From Nitrospirota bacterium (GTDB lineage Bacteria > Nitrospirota > Nitrospiria > Nitrospirales > Nitrospiraceae): a stretch of 48,369 nucleotides of DNA. Positions 31,776 through 41,078 of the stretch are shown here, one piece after another; positions within the stretch are counted from its first letter, which is position 1, and each line of letters starts with the position of its first letter. The stretch spans positions 1 through 48,369 of the forward strand of contig JAHFEU010000003.1 of assembly GCA_023248295.1 (NCBI GenBank), in the 5' to 3' direction. The position numbers were made by a program, and so were the translations under genes. The notes below the pieces were generated by a model. The model saw only the letters and a program-made list of their open reading frames with translations, did no database searches and was not told the DNA's origin.

Positions 31776-31826
31776 GTGACTGCAAGGGGAACGACGCAGC
31801 GCCCTGGATCCGACCGGATGAGAGGA

Positions 31827-32024
31827 CTAGCGAGCGGTGACCGTCTGGGCGTCAGGGGACGCGAGGCTCTTCCGCCTGTTCATCGCAATCGTTCGATCGA
31901 TGATCGAGCCACAGTTAATACACTTCCAGGCGTAGAAGATGAGGAAAAAGTCGGAGAACCTCTCCAACATCATCAAGCCCTTGCACTTCGGACATTCCAT
32001 GACTTCCTCCTGGGTGTCAGCCAT
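31827..32024 (-). CDS. small zinc-ribbon protein (65 aa, CxxC...CxxC)
   Basis: GGAG 9 nt upstream of ATG 32024. MECPKCKGLMMLERF....WKCINCGSIID gives two CxxC knuckles. Confidence 0.6.
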   Translation of the reverse strand: MADTQEEVMECPKCKGLMMLERFSDFFLIFYAWKCINCGSIIDRTIAMNRRKSLASPDAQTVTAR

Positions 32025-32189
32025 ATATAAACTCCGGTTCTGGGAGGAAGCAATTCCCGGACCATAGGGGTCATTTGCGTCATTTCAACAGGTTACACAT
32101 TCGCATGGCGAGGAGAACTCGCACAGGGCTGCGCAGGGGCTTCCAAAAACCGTCACCGTTCTGAGCGCTTCTGGACACAGAGGGCCATC

Positions 32190-32993
32190 TTGCCCAAGCA
32201 AGCCAAAGGAGGCGGCATCCATCGCTGGCCAGAGAGCGAGCGTCCTCGGGAACGGCTCTTCCGCGATGGGCCGGAGGCCCTGTCGGATGCGCAACTGCTG
32301 GCCATCCTGCTGCGCGTGGGTCGCCCGCAGGCCTCCGCGGTCCAGGTGGCCATGGAGCTCCTTCATCATCTGGACGGTCTCCACGGGATCGCCAACCGTG
32401 GACTGGGCGAACTCTGTGGAGTGCGGGGCGTCGGACTCGCCAAGGCGGCTCAACTGAAAGCGGCCCTCGAGCTCGGAAAGCGCGCCCTGACCACCCCGCT
32501 GTCGACGGGAACACGCATCGGGTCCAGTCGTGATCTGTTTGACTATTACTACCCGCGGTTGCGTGACCTCCGTCACGAAGTGTTTAAGATCATCTTGCTG
32601 GACGCGAAGCACGCCATCATCCGTGACGCCACCGTGTCGGAGGGGAGTCTGACCCTCAGCATCGTCCACCCCCGCGAGGTCTTCAACCTGGCCGTGCGCG
32701 AGTCAGCGGCCGCCGTGATCTTCCTGCACAACCATCCAAGCGGAGATCCCCAGCCGAGCAGTGAAGACCGGGCGTTGACCGCCCGATTGGTGGCGGCCGG
32801 GGAGGTCCTGGGGATTGGCGTCCTGGACCATCTGATCGTGGGAGACGGCCGCTATATCAGTTTTGCAGACCGGGGATGGCTGGACCCTGACCGCCGTGCC
32901 GCCTCGTGTCCGACCGAGGAGACCGGGGAGAGGATCCGGACCGCGTCGACCAGGGCTCCCCGCGCGGGTCACGCTCGGTCGAAAAAAGGCTGA
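32190..32993 (+). CDS. radC: RadC-family JAB-domain protein (UPF0758)
   Basis: ERPRERL...LSDAQLLAILLRVG......A..LL and the JAMM motif LHNHPSGDPQPSSED. The TTG start at 32190 is uncertain: AAAGGAGG at about 32205-32212 suggests a slightly later, possibly non-canonical start. Confidence 0.85.
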   Translation: MPKQAKGGGIHRWPESERPRERLFRDGPEALSDAQLLAILLRVGRPQASAVQVAMELLHHLDGLHGIANRGLGELCGVRGVGLAKAAQLKAALELGKRALTTPLSTGTRIGSSRDLFDYYYPRLRDLRHEVFKIILLDAKHAIIRDATVSEGSLTLSIVHPREVFNLAVRESAAAVIFLHNHPSGDPQPSSEDRALTARLVAAGEVLGIGVLDHLIVGDGRYISFADRGWLDPDRRAASCPTEETGERIRTASTRAPRAGHARSKKG

Positions 32994-33083
32994 GGGCGCA
33001 GCGGCCATTCGACCGAGCGGTGATTTGCCCGGTCGGTCGCGTTTTGGTATAAGCAACGAGCACCGGGGAGGACACCAGAGACC

Positions 33084-33797
33084 ATGGCGTTCGCACGACG
33101 TGGCAGGCTGGCTGCCAGCGGGACGCTGGTGCTGTGCGGTCTCTTCATGAGCGGCTCGCTGTTCCACGGAAGGCTGGCCGCCGCAGAGCGCGCCCCGGAT
33201 TCCCTGCCACCGCTCGGAAAAGGCGTGTTCCTGGTGGCCAGTCCCAATCTGAGCGATCCGAATTTCCGGCAGACGGTGGTGCTGATTTGCGAGTACGGTC
33301 CCGAGGGGACGCTCGGCCTGATCGTCAATCGGCCTACCGAATTTCTCCTCTCCGAGGCGTTGCCGAAGCTACCCGTGCTCAAGGGCACGTCGTACGTCCT
33401 CTTCCTGGGTGGACCAGTTCAACCGACCGGCATCCTCATGTTGTTTCGCGTCGGCGAGAAGCCGGCTGATACGCGACAAGTGTTGCAAGGGGTCTACCTG
33501 GGTGGAAACATGGAGACGCTGGAACGCGTCATCACGCAGCCCAAGCCGATTGAGACCTTCCGCGCCTATGCGGGGTACGCCGGCTGGGCCCCGGGCCAGC
33601 TCGAGTTCGAGATGGCGATAGGATCCTGGGCCACGGTGCAGGCCGACCCGGCCAGTATCTTTGAGAAAGACACGGTCAGTCTGTGGTCCGACATGCTCAA
33701 GGGGCTGAGTGCCCCGCGCGTGATCCATTCACGCCAGATCCGTGACGAATGGACCAGTCAGATCCTGCCTTCAGAGACCGGGGTCGGGCCATCATGA
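33084..33797 (+). CDS. YqgE/AlgH-family protein with an N-terminal signal-like extension
   Basis: GVFLVASPNLSDPNFRQTVVLICEYGPEGTLGLIVNRP and YAGYAGWAPGQLE.E are AlgH (UPF0301) signatures. About 45 extra N-terminal residues with RR and a hydrophobic core. Confidence 0.8.
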   Translation: MAFARRGRLAASGTLVLCGLFMSGSLFHGRLAAAERAPDSLPPLGKGVFLVASPNLSDPNFRQTVVLICEYGPEGTLGLIVNRPTEFLLSEALPKLPVLKGTSYVLFLGGPVQPTGILMLFRVGEKPADTRQVLQGVYLGGNMETLERVITQPKPIETFRAYAGYAGWAPGQLEFEMAIGSWATVQADPASIFEKDTVSLWSDMLKGLSAPRVIHSRQIRDEWTSQILPSETGVGPS

Positions 33798-33807
33798 GGT
33801 GGAATCC

Positions 33808-35907
33808 ATGAAACAGCCGAGAACGGAAACGATCCGGAACATTGCCCTCGTGTCCTATACGGGAGCGGGGAAAACCTCGCTGAGCGAAGCGCTCCTCTAC
33901 ACCGCTGGCGCCATCCCGGCCATGGGATCGGTGACGAGCGGGAACACGGTGTCTGATTCTGAGCCTGAAGAGATTCATCGCAAGATTTCCGTCAGCGCAG
34001 CCGTGCTGCACTGTGACTGGAAGGAGACCACGCTCAATCTGGTGGACACGCCCGGGGCGCTCAGCTTTCTGGGTGAGACCCAGACCGCCCTTCGCGCGGT
34101 GGATGGAGTCGTGATCGTTCTTGGTGCGTCCTCGGGAGTCAGGACCGAGCTGGAGAAGATCTGGAATACCATCAAAGAATTGAGACTGCCCTGCCTCCTG
34201 TTCGTGAACGAGCTGGACAAGGAACGGACCGCGTGGGAGCCGGTGCTCGAAGGGTGTGAGAAGGCGCTCGGGCTCAAAGGTCTGCCGGTCTCCATCCCGA
34301 TCGGACGGGAGTCACAGCTCGACGGTGTCGTGGACCTGGTCGGGCAGGTGGCCTACCGGCCTGCCAGGGAGGCGAACAAGGTCTTGCAAGCCTCCATCCC
34401 CGCAGAGCTGACAGGCCCTGCCGCCGAGGCCCGGAAGAAGCTGGTGGAGGGCGTCGCCGAAACGGATGATCAACTGGTGGAGAAATATTTAGCGGACGGC
34501 GACCTGTCGAGAGACGACATCATGCAGGGGCTGAAAGCAGGTGCCTTGGCGAGGTCAGTGGTCCCGGTGCTCTGCGGCTCAGCCACCCGCAATATCGGCA
34601 CCTCGGCGCTGCTGGACGCCCTGATCGCCTATCTGCCGTCGCCGCGGGACGCGGCGACGATCTCCCCCCTGGCAGGGGTGCACCCGCACACCGGTGATCC
34701 GGTCACGCGGCAACCCAGTCCGTCCGACCCGTTCTCCGGGTACGTGTTCAAAACCATCATCGATCCCTTCATGGGCCGTCTCACCTACGTCCGAGTCCTG
34801 TCGGGAACCCTGCAGGCTGATTCGGGTTTCTCTAACTCGACCAGGAAGCTCAAGGAGAAGGGGGGGCATCTGTTCCATATCCTGGGCAAGAAATACACCC
34901 AGGTGCCGACCCTGTGTGCCGGCGAAGTGGCCGCCATCGGGAAACTCAAGGACACGCAGACCGGCGATACGATCTGCGACGACCACTCGCCGATCCTCTA
35001 TCCGGGCCTCCAACTGGCCAAACCGGTCATGTCCTTCGCGCTGGAGCCGAAGTCCAAAGCCGACGTCGAGAAGGTCAGCTTGGGCTTGCATAAGCTGGTT
35101 GAAGAGGATCCCACCCTGGAGTTCGTCCGCAACCAGGAGACGAAGGAGATGATTCTGAGCGGCATGGGACAGCTGCACGTGGATGTCACCTTTGAGAAGC
35201 TGCGTCGCAAGTACGGGGCCGAGGTCACCATCCATACGCCGAAGGTTCCATATAAGGAGACCATCCGGAAGATGGCACAAGCGCAAGGGAAGTACAAAAA
35301 ACAGACGGGCGGACACGGGCAATACGGAGATTGCTGGCTCCAGCTCGATCCGTTGCCCCGGGGAGCGGGGTTTACGTTCGAAAACAAGGTCGTGGGCGGC
35401 GCCATCCCGCGGAATTTTATCCCCGCCGTGGAAAAGGGGGTGGTGGAGGCGCTGCACGAGGGCAGTCTGGCCGGGTTTCCCGTCGTCGACCTGCGTGTCA
35501 CGGTCTATGACGGGTCCTACCATACGGTGGACTCTTCAGAAATGTCCTTCAAGATCGCCGCCTCGTTGGGGTTCAAGAAAGCGATGGAAACGGCTCATCC
35601 GGTCTTGCTGGAGCCGGTGATGAGTGTGGAAGTCACGACGCCGGATGAGTTCGTTGGCGCGGTGATCGGGGATCTGAATTCCCGGCGAGGACGGATTCTC
35701 GGTGTGACCGCGAAAGGCAGCGCCCAGTCCATCAAGGCGGTGGTGCCGCTGGCCGAAATGTTGAAATACACTCCGTCGTTAAACTCGCTCACGGGCGGGC
35801 GTGGTACCTACGTCATGGAATTCTCCACCTATGAGGAGGTGCCACGGGAGCACGCGACGCGGGTCATCGAAGAACACAAGACCGCCAAACAAGCGGTGGC
35901 GCAGTGA
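33808..35907 (+). CDS. elongation factor G-like GTPase (EF-G paralog)
   Basis: IRNIALVSYTGAGKTSLSEALLY (P-loop), NLVDTPG, the five-domain EF-G length, and C-terminal motifs (LLEPVMSVEVTTPDEFVGAVIGDLNSRRGRI). Start at ATG 33808 (GAGGTGG upstream). Confidence 0.9.
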   Translation: MKQPRTETIRNIALVSYTGAGKTSLSEALLYTAGAIPAMGSVTSGNTVSDSEPEEIHRKISVSAAVLHCDWKETTLNLVDTPGALSFLGETQTALRAVDGVVIVLGASSGVRTELEKIWNTIKELRLPCLLFVNELDKERTAWEPVLEGCEKALGLKGLPVSIPIGRESQLDGVVDLVGQVAYRPAREANKVLQASIPAELTGPAAEARKKLVEGVAETDDQLVEKYLADGDLSRDDIMQGLKAGALARSVVPVLCGSATRNIGTSALLDALIAYLPSPRDAATISPLAGVHPHTGDPVTRQPSPSDPFSGYVFKTIIDPFMGRLTYVRVLSGTLQADSGFSNSTRKLKEKGGHLFHILGKKYTQVPTLCAGEVAAIGKLKDTQTGDTICDDHSPILYPGLQLAKPVMSFALEPKSKADVEKVSLGLHKLVEEDPTLEFVRNQETKEMILSGMGQLHVDVTFEKLRRKYGAEVTIHTPKVPYKETIRKMAQAQGKYKKQTGGHGQYGDCWLQLDPLPRGAGFTFENKVVGGAIPRNFIPAVEKGVVEALHEGSLAGFPVVDLRVTVYDGSYHTVDSSEMSFKIAASLGFKKAMETAHPVLLEPVMSVEVTTPDEFVGAVIGDLNSRRGRILGVTAKGSAQSIKAVVPLAEMLKYTPSLNSLTGGRGTYVMEFSTYEEVPREHATRVIEEHKTAKQAVAQ

Positions 35908-35915
35908 GCCCGCCG

Positions 35916-37301
35916 TTACTTCTCCGTGGTTTTCAGGACCACATAAAAGGCGCGGTTCTCCCTGAGCACGCGAAGCAGGATGGTCTCGCCCCGCTTCACC
36001 CGTGAGACCGCCGCCGTAAACTCGCTGACCGACGAGACCTCACTGCGGTTCACCTCTTTGATCAAGTCACCTTCCCGCAGCCCTTCCGCCTGGGCGATGC
36101 TGCCCTGGTCCACCTTGGCGATGAGCACCCCCTTGGCATCCTTCAGCTTGAACTTCTCGGCCAGCTCGACGCTCAGATTCTGGACATCGATCCCCAGCTT
36201 GACCTCCGACCGTGAGGGCGGAACCGACGCCACGATGGCGTTCTCGCGCCGCTCGCTCAACGCCACCGACAGGACCTGGCGCTTCCCGTCCCGCACCACC
36301 TCGATGTTGGTGGTCGCGCCGGGCTCCAACCCCGCGATCAGGCGGGACAAGAGGTTGGGGCTATCGACCGTTTTCCCATCCAGCTTCGTAATGATGTCAC
36401 CGGCCTTGATACCGGCTCGGGCCGCGGGATCGTTCTCGAACACCTCGTTCACCAAGACCCCCTCACCCTCGGTGACGCCGAACTTGGTGCCTAGATCAGC
36501 CGTCACCGGCTGAATGCCGACACCCAGCCACCCTCGGACGACCTTCCCGCGGGCCTGCAATTGCTGGATGACCTGCTTGGCCATGTTCGACGGGATGGCA
36601 AAGCCGATCCCCTGCGCGAAGTTGATGATCGCGGTGTTGATCCCGATGATTTGGCCCTGCATGTTGAACAGCGGCCCGCCGGAATTGCCCGGATTAATCG
36701 ACGCGTCCGTCTGGATGAAATTCTCATAGCGCGACAGGTTCATGTTCTCCCGACCGATCCCGCTGACCACCCCGAGCGTCACGGTCCGCTCAAGGCCGAA
36801 CGGGTTGCCCACCGCCAGCACCCACTGGCCGACTTTCACCGTCCCCGAGTCCCCGAAGCTCGCGTGGGGGAGGCTTCGATCGGTCGCGATTTTCAACAAC
36901 GCGACGTCCGTATCGGGGTCCTTGCCGATGACTTGTGCGATGAACTTGGTCTTGTCCGACAGACGCACCTCGACCTCATTGGCCTCGCCCACGACATGGT
37001 TGTTCGTGACGATATGCCCCTGCGGATCGATAATGACCCCGGAGCCGGAGCCAGGGGCATTGGGGGTCCGTTCGCGAGGCGCGTCCGTGGGCCGGCCGGG
37101 CCCCTGGATGGGGAACACGCTGACGACCGTGGGCTTGACCCGCTCCGCCAGCTCCGTGATGACCGACTGGACTTCTTCCAGCAAACGGAGCCCCCCCGGG
37201 TCCGCAGATTCCGACACGCCCACGGAGGAGATCGGGAACGGGCAGAACAACCACACCGCAACCCCCACGAAGACCAGCGCGGCTCGTGCTCCGATGCTCA
37301 T
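35916..37301 (-). CDS. htrA: HtrA/DegP-family periplasmic serine protease with two PDZ domains
   Basis: Catalytic triad contexts HIVTNNHVV, DTDVALLKI and GNSGGPLFN, plus two PDZ-like regions. Start at ATG 37301 (GGGGAGGGAGAAGG upstream) gives a signal peptide. Confidence 0.9.
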   Translation of the reverse strand: MSIGARAALVFVGVAVWLFCPFPISSVGVSESADPGGLRLLEEVQSVITELAERVKPTVVSVFPIQGPGRPTDAPRERTPNAPGSGSGVIIDPQGHIVTNNHVVGEANEVEVRLSDKTKFIAQVIGKDPDTDVALLKIATDRSLPHASFGDSGTVKVGQWVLAVGNPFGLERTVTLGVVSGIGRENMNLSRYENFIQTDASINPGNSGGPLFNMQGQIIGINTAIINFAQGIGFAIPSNMAKQVIQQLQARGKVVRGWLGVGIQPVTADLGTKFGVTEGEGVLVNEVFENDPAARAGIKAGDIITKLDGKTVDSPNLLSRLIAGLEPGATTNIEVVRDGKRQVLSVALSERRENAIVASVPPSRSEVKLGIDVQNLSVELAEKFKLKDAKGVLIAKVDQGSIAQAEGLREGDLIKEVNRSEVSSVSEFTAAVSRVKRGETILLRVLRENRAFYVVLKTTEK

Positions 37302-37375
37302 AGAACCTTCTCCCTCCCCAGGCTCCCGGAGGTGCTGCCTCCGGAACCAGTCACCACGGACCGGGCCGTTGCCGG

Positions 37376-38023
37376 TCATGCGGACGCGCGTTGCGGCACG
37401 ATGAACTGCGACACCACCGTCTTCAGTTCCGCCCGCGGGCCGACCAGGATCACGATGTCACCGGCACGCAGGACCAGCTGCTGGTTCACGGCCAAGAAGG
37501 ACGGACCTCGCAAGACCGCCACCACCCGGGTGGCCGGCGGGAGGGCCAGTTGGCTGACCGGCAGGCCGACGACCGAAGACCCCTGGGCTACCGAGATCCG
37601 CTCGAGCGTGGCGGCACGGACGGTCAGGTCCTGCTGAATCCTCAGCAGGTCCTCCCGCAACGTGTCCGCCTCAAGCTCCCGCACCAGCGCATCAATCTGC
37701 GTGAGTTCCTTCTTGAGCGTCCGCACCCGGGAGGCGGCCTCTGCCACCTGCGCCTCTGCTCCTTGTCGGTCACTGTCGCGCGCAGGGAGCCCACTCGCCT
37801 GAGCCAGGAGAATCGAGAGATATGCGCCCAGTTCTTGAAGAATGGACTCTCTCTGGTCAGACAGGGAGGCAGCCTGCCAGTGAAGTTTCAGGGTCTGCCC
37901 TTTGCGGTTCACACGCTCCGAGAGTCCGATGATGATCTCGCGTACCGTGTCGAGGTTGATGGAAACCTCTTTGCGGATTCTTTGTACAAACTCGGCGGTC
38001 ATAGAGTGGGCCAGGCCTGTCAC
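37376..38023 (-). CDS. coiled-coil protein with a C-terminal TrkA-C (RCK_C)-like domain
   Basis: C-terminus VAQGSSVVGLPVSQLALPPATRVVAVLRGPSFLAVNQQLVLRAGDIVILVG resembles TrkA-C. The N-terminal 150 aa are helical/coiled-coil-like. GTG start is uncertain. Confidence 0.6.
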   Translation of the reverse strand: MTGLAHSMTAEFVQRIRKEVSINLDTVREIIIGLSERVNRKGQTLKLHWQAASLSDQRESILQELGAYLSILLAQASGLPARDSDRQGAEAQVAEAASRVRTLKKELTQIDALVRELEADTLREDLLRIQQDLTVRAATLERISVAQGSSVVGLPVSQLALPPATRVVAVLRGPSFLAVNQQLVLRAGDIVILVGPRAELKTVVSQFIVPQRASA

Positions 38024-38252
38024 GTGATTGAAGTCAATGTCGGATAAGACCTATTATGTCAACTAATGCCCTTCACCTGCTTCCACCGTCCCCTTGACGT
38101 TTATAGCCCTCACCCTCCCAAAAAGCAATCTCAAGCCCTCCTCACACTTCCCATTATATTAGCATGTCAACATTCGACGCTTTCCTCGACACACTATCCG
38201 TTCCCGGCTAGGATGATTCCAATACACCATCACGAAGCGACTCACCCCTCTG

Positions 38253-38807
38253 ATGAACTGGAAGACGAACTGGACCCAACGGCTCACGAAAAGCACCCCT
38301 GCCTTGCTGCTCCTCTTCGTCGGGCTGGCCTTCACCAATCCATCCCTCACCAGGCTCCACGCCTCCATCTTGATTCCCCGAGCAGACCAGCTCGCGAGAG
38401 AGTGGGCCGAGGCCGACCGCCGCACCATCGAACAGGAGGCCGCGCGGGCGACGGCTAACTATACCGGGAACCGGACCGAGACCCCCGACCTGACCGCCCT
38501 CAGCCTGCTGAAAACCGTCCCCTATCTGCCCAGCTATCTGGACAGGACCAAGGAGACCGAGGGACAACCCTTTCTCGAGCGTCTCGCTTTGTGGAAGCAC
38601 CGGGCCCTGCTGCGCGTGGGCGAGGCGCATGACGCGACGGTGCAAGCCCTCCTCGCGAAGCTCGCCGGGCATACGACCCGGACGTCCTATGGCCTGCTCT
38701 CCATCTTCTCGACCTGCTACGAGGGGAACGCACGACGCTATGTCGCGCTGGCCGGTCTGTTTGTCGAACTCGCCGAGGAGCCGTGTGCGCCGGGAGGGAG
38801 CCACTGA
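38253..38807 (+). CDS. hypothetical membrane-anchored protein (possibly DUF4359-like)
   Basis: N-terminal TM (ALLLLFVGLAF) followed by TNPS. RTSYGLLSIFSTCY...ALAGLFVEL is reminiscent of DUF4359. Family assignment is from memory only. Confidence 0.5.
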   Translation: MNWKTNWTQRLTKSTPALLLLFVGLAFTNPSLTRLHASILIPRADQLAREWAEADRRTIEQEAARATANYTGNRTETPDLTALSLLKTVPYLPSYLDRTKETEGQPFLERLALWKHRALLRVGEAHDATVQALLAKLAGHTTRTSYGLLSIFSTCYEGNARRYVALAGLFVELAEEPCAPGGSH

Positions 38808-38831
38808 GCGAACAGGACCTCCGATCGAGGT

Positions 38832-39431
38832 CTACCGTCCGATCCTGGGTTCGATCCCCTGCCAAAGACGCAGGACATTGTCCTTATGCCGCAGGACGAT
38901 CATCGCCGCCACGACCAGCGAGAAGACCTGGAACATCCCACTCCGCTCCAGCAGCACGGCGCACAGCGGAAGCGCCGCGAACGCCGCCAGCGCCGCGCCG
39001 GACGAATAGCGCCACACGGCGGCCGTGACGACCCACACGAGCAGCATCACCCCTCCGATCGCCGGGTCCACCCCGGCGACCGCGCCGAGGGCGGTGGCGA
39101 CTCCCTTGCCCCCTCGAAAGCCGAGAAAAATGGAATGCACATGGCCGACGATCGGACACAAGGCCACCAGCAGGATCCAGGCTTCCTGGTCCAGGCTCTG
39201 ACTCGCGACCCAGCCGACCAGCCAGCCTTTCCCCGCATCCCCGGCCAGGGTCAGCAGTCCCGCCTTCGTGCCTGAGACCCGCAAGACATTGGTGAAGCCG
39301 ATGTTGCGACTCCCGGCGGTCCGGGGATCCACGGTGCCCAGACACTTGGCGACGACCACCCCGAAGGGGACGGAGCCGAGCAGGTAGCCCCCGGCGGCCA
39401 TCGCGGCCGGCAGCCAATCACTGAGCACCAT
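38832..39431 (-). CDS. plsY: glycerol-3-phosphate acyltransferase PlsY
   Basis: YLLGSVPFGVVVAK......DPRTAGSRNIGFTNVLR..G...G..TL.GD.GKG and F.GFRGGKGVAT are PlsY signatures. Confidence 0.9.
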   Translation of the reverse strand: MVLSDWLPAAMAAGGYLLGSVPFGVVVAKCLGTVDPRTAGSRNIGFTNVLRVSGTKAGLLTLAGDAGKGWLVGWVASQSLDQEAWILLVALCPIVGHVHSIFLGFRGGKGVATALGAVAGVDPAIGGVMLLVWVVTAAVWRYSSGAALAAFAALPLCAVLLERSGMFQVFSLVVAAMIVLRHKDNVLRLWQGIEPRIGR

Positions 39432-39458
39432 AAGGGAGATCCCGGCGCCGCGCGGAGG

Positions 39459-40079
39459 CTACAGCTCCTTGAGCGCCACCTGTCGCCAAAAGCTGAGGAG
39501 GTACCGGCCGCCTGAAATGAGCGCCAACGCCAACGCCGCATACAGCACCACCGTGCCCACGAGGTGGAGATTCCACGCCGCTGGCACAATCCCGTCTTCG
39601 AGGATGAGCAGGACGATCGCGACCACTTGCGCGACCATCTTGTACTTGCCGATCGTCTCCGCCGACAGGACGATGCCCTGCGAGGCGGCGATGGCGCGCA
39701 CCCCCGTGACCGCGACTTCCCGCGCGATGATGAGAATGGCCACCACCGCGGCCACTCGTTGAAACTGCACGAGGAGGATCAGTCCGGACAGGACCAGCAG
39801 CTTGTCCGCGATCGGGTCGAGCAGCCGCCCCAGCTTGGTCACCTGCGACCGCCGGCGGGCGAGATACCCATCCAACAGGTCGGTCACGGCGGCGATCACG
39901 AACACCACCGCGGCCGCCAGCGACCGACCCGGGGTCGGGGTCCAGAAGAGCAGGACAAAGACGGGGATCAACAAGATTCGGGAGAGCGTCAAGAGGTTGG
40001 GGAGATTCACGTTCGTGTCCCGGGCCTCCCACCCTGCCGCGATCGGTCCCATCTGCTTCACGCCCTCCGTGACCCGCAT
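39459..40079 (-). CDS. pgsA: CDP-diacylglycerol--glycerol-3-phosphate 3-phosphatidyltransferase
   Basis: NLPNLLTLSRILLIP and the CDP-alcohol phosphotransferase motif DLLDGYLARR....T.LGRLLDPIADK. ATG 40052 is an alternative start. Confidence 0.9.
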   Translation of the reverse strand: MRVTEGVKQMGPIAAGWEARDTNVNLPNLLTLSRILLIPVFVLLFWTPTPGRSLAAAVVFVIAAVTDLLDGYLARRRSQVTKLGRLLDPIADKLLVLSGLILLVQFQRVAAVVAILIIAREVAVTGVRAIAASQGIVLSAETIGKYKMVAQVVAIVLLILEDGIVPAAWNLHLVGTVVLYAALALALISGGRYLLSFWRQVALKEL

Positions 40080-40118
40080 CCCCCCCGCGCCTTTCAGGCC
40101 GACCCCTCGTTCGGGAGA

Positions 40119-41078
40119 TCAGACCACCCCGCTTTTCAGCAAATCATGCATGTGGATCACGCCGACCATCCGCCCCTGCTCATCGAGCACCACGAGTGAG
40201 GTAATGGAAAACTGTTCCATGATTTGAACGGCGCGGGCCGCCAGATCATCCGGGCCGATGGTCTTCGGTTTCTTGCTGGCCAGGTCTCTCGCCCGCGCCG
40301 TGGCCACATTGATCCCCTTTTCCAGAGCGCGCCGCAGATCGCCGTCCGTCACCACGCCCTGGAGCCGGCCTTGCGCGTTCACCACCGTGGTCATGCCGAG
40401 TTTCTTCGCGGTCATTTCCAGGATCGCGTCCCGGGCTGAGGCGCGCGGGTCCACGCGAGGAATGGCCTCTCCCTGATGCATGAGATCCCGCACTTTCAGC
40501 AGGAGCCGACGGCCCAGGATGCCGCCAGGATGAAACTGCGCGAAGTCTTCTTCCTTCAATCCGCGCTTTTCGAGCAGCGCGATCGCGAGGGCGTCGCCCA
40601 TGGCGAGCGCGGCCGTAGTGCTGGCGGTGGGGGCGAGTCCCATCGGACAGGCTTCCTCCTTCACCGACACATCCAAGACCACTTCGCTGTTCTTCGCCAG
40701 CGTGGACTGCATCCGCCCGGTCAACGCGATCACGGGAATACTCAACCGTTTCACGAACGGGAGCAGCTTGAGCACTTCTTCGGTCTCGCCGCTGTTGGAG
40801 ATCGCGATGAACACATCGCGGCGCGCCAGCATGCCCAGATCCCCGTGTACCCCCTCGGCCGGATGCACGAAAAACGCGGGCGTCCCGGTGCTGGCGAGGG
40901 TCGCGGCGATTTTTTGACCGATGAGGCCGGATTTCCCCATCCCCGACACCACCACCTTGCCGGTACAGCGGAACAGCAGATCCACCGCGTCGGTAAACCG
41001 ATGATCGAGCCGATCGACCAGCCCGGCGATGGCCCGCGCCTCGATTTCCAGGACACGCTTCCCCTGCGGGATGCTCAT
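40119..41078 (-). CDS. kdsD: arabinose-5-phosphate isomerase (KpsF/GutQ family; SIS + tandem CBS)
   Basis: [42 protein letters not shown] (SIS) and the C-terminal CBS pair. Confidence 0.9.
   Translation of the reverse strand: MSIPQGKRVLEIEARAIAGLVDRLDHRFTDAVDLLFRCTGKVVVSGMGKSGLIGQKIAATLASTGTPAFFVHPAEGVHGDLGMLARRDVFIAISNSGETEEVLKLLPFVKRLSIPVIALTGRMQSTLAKNSEVVLDVSVKEEACPMGLAPTASTTAALAMGDALAIALLEKRGLKEEDFAQFHPGGILGRRLLLKVRDLMHQGEAIPRVDPRASARDAILEMTAKKLGMTTVVNAQGRLQGVVTDGDLRRALEKGINVATARARDLASKKPKTIGPDDLAARAVQIMEQFSITSLVVLDEQGRMVGVIHMHDLLKSGVV

Noticed and set aside
32994-33083. Possible radC terminator (cgaccg...cggtcg followed by GTCGCGTTTTGG)
   Set aside because: The stem is only 6 bp with a 14-nt loop and a short U-run, which is too weak to call.
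38847-38859. tRNA T-loop-like string GGGTTCGATCCCC (and a weaker GGGTTCGAGAGG near 386-397)
   Set aside because: The flanks cannot form T-stem or acceptor-stem pairing. The first lies inside the plsY coding frame. No cloverleaf can be drawn.
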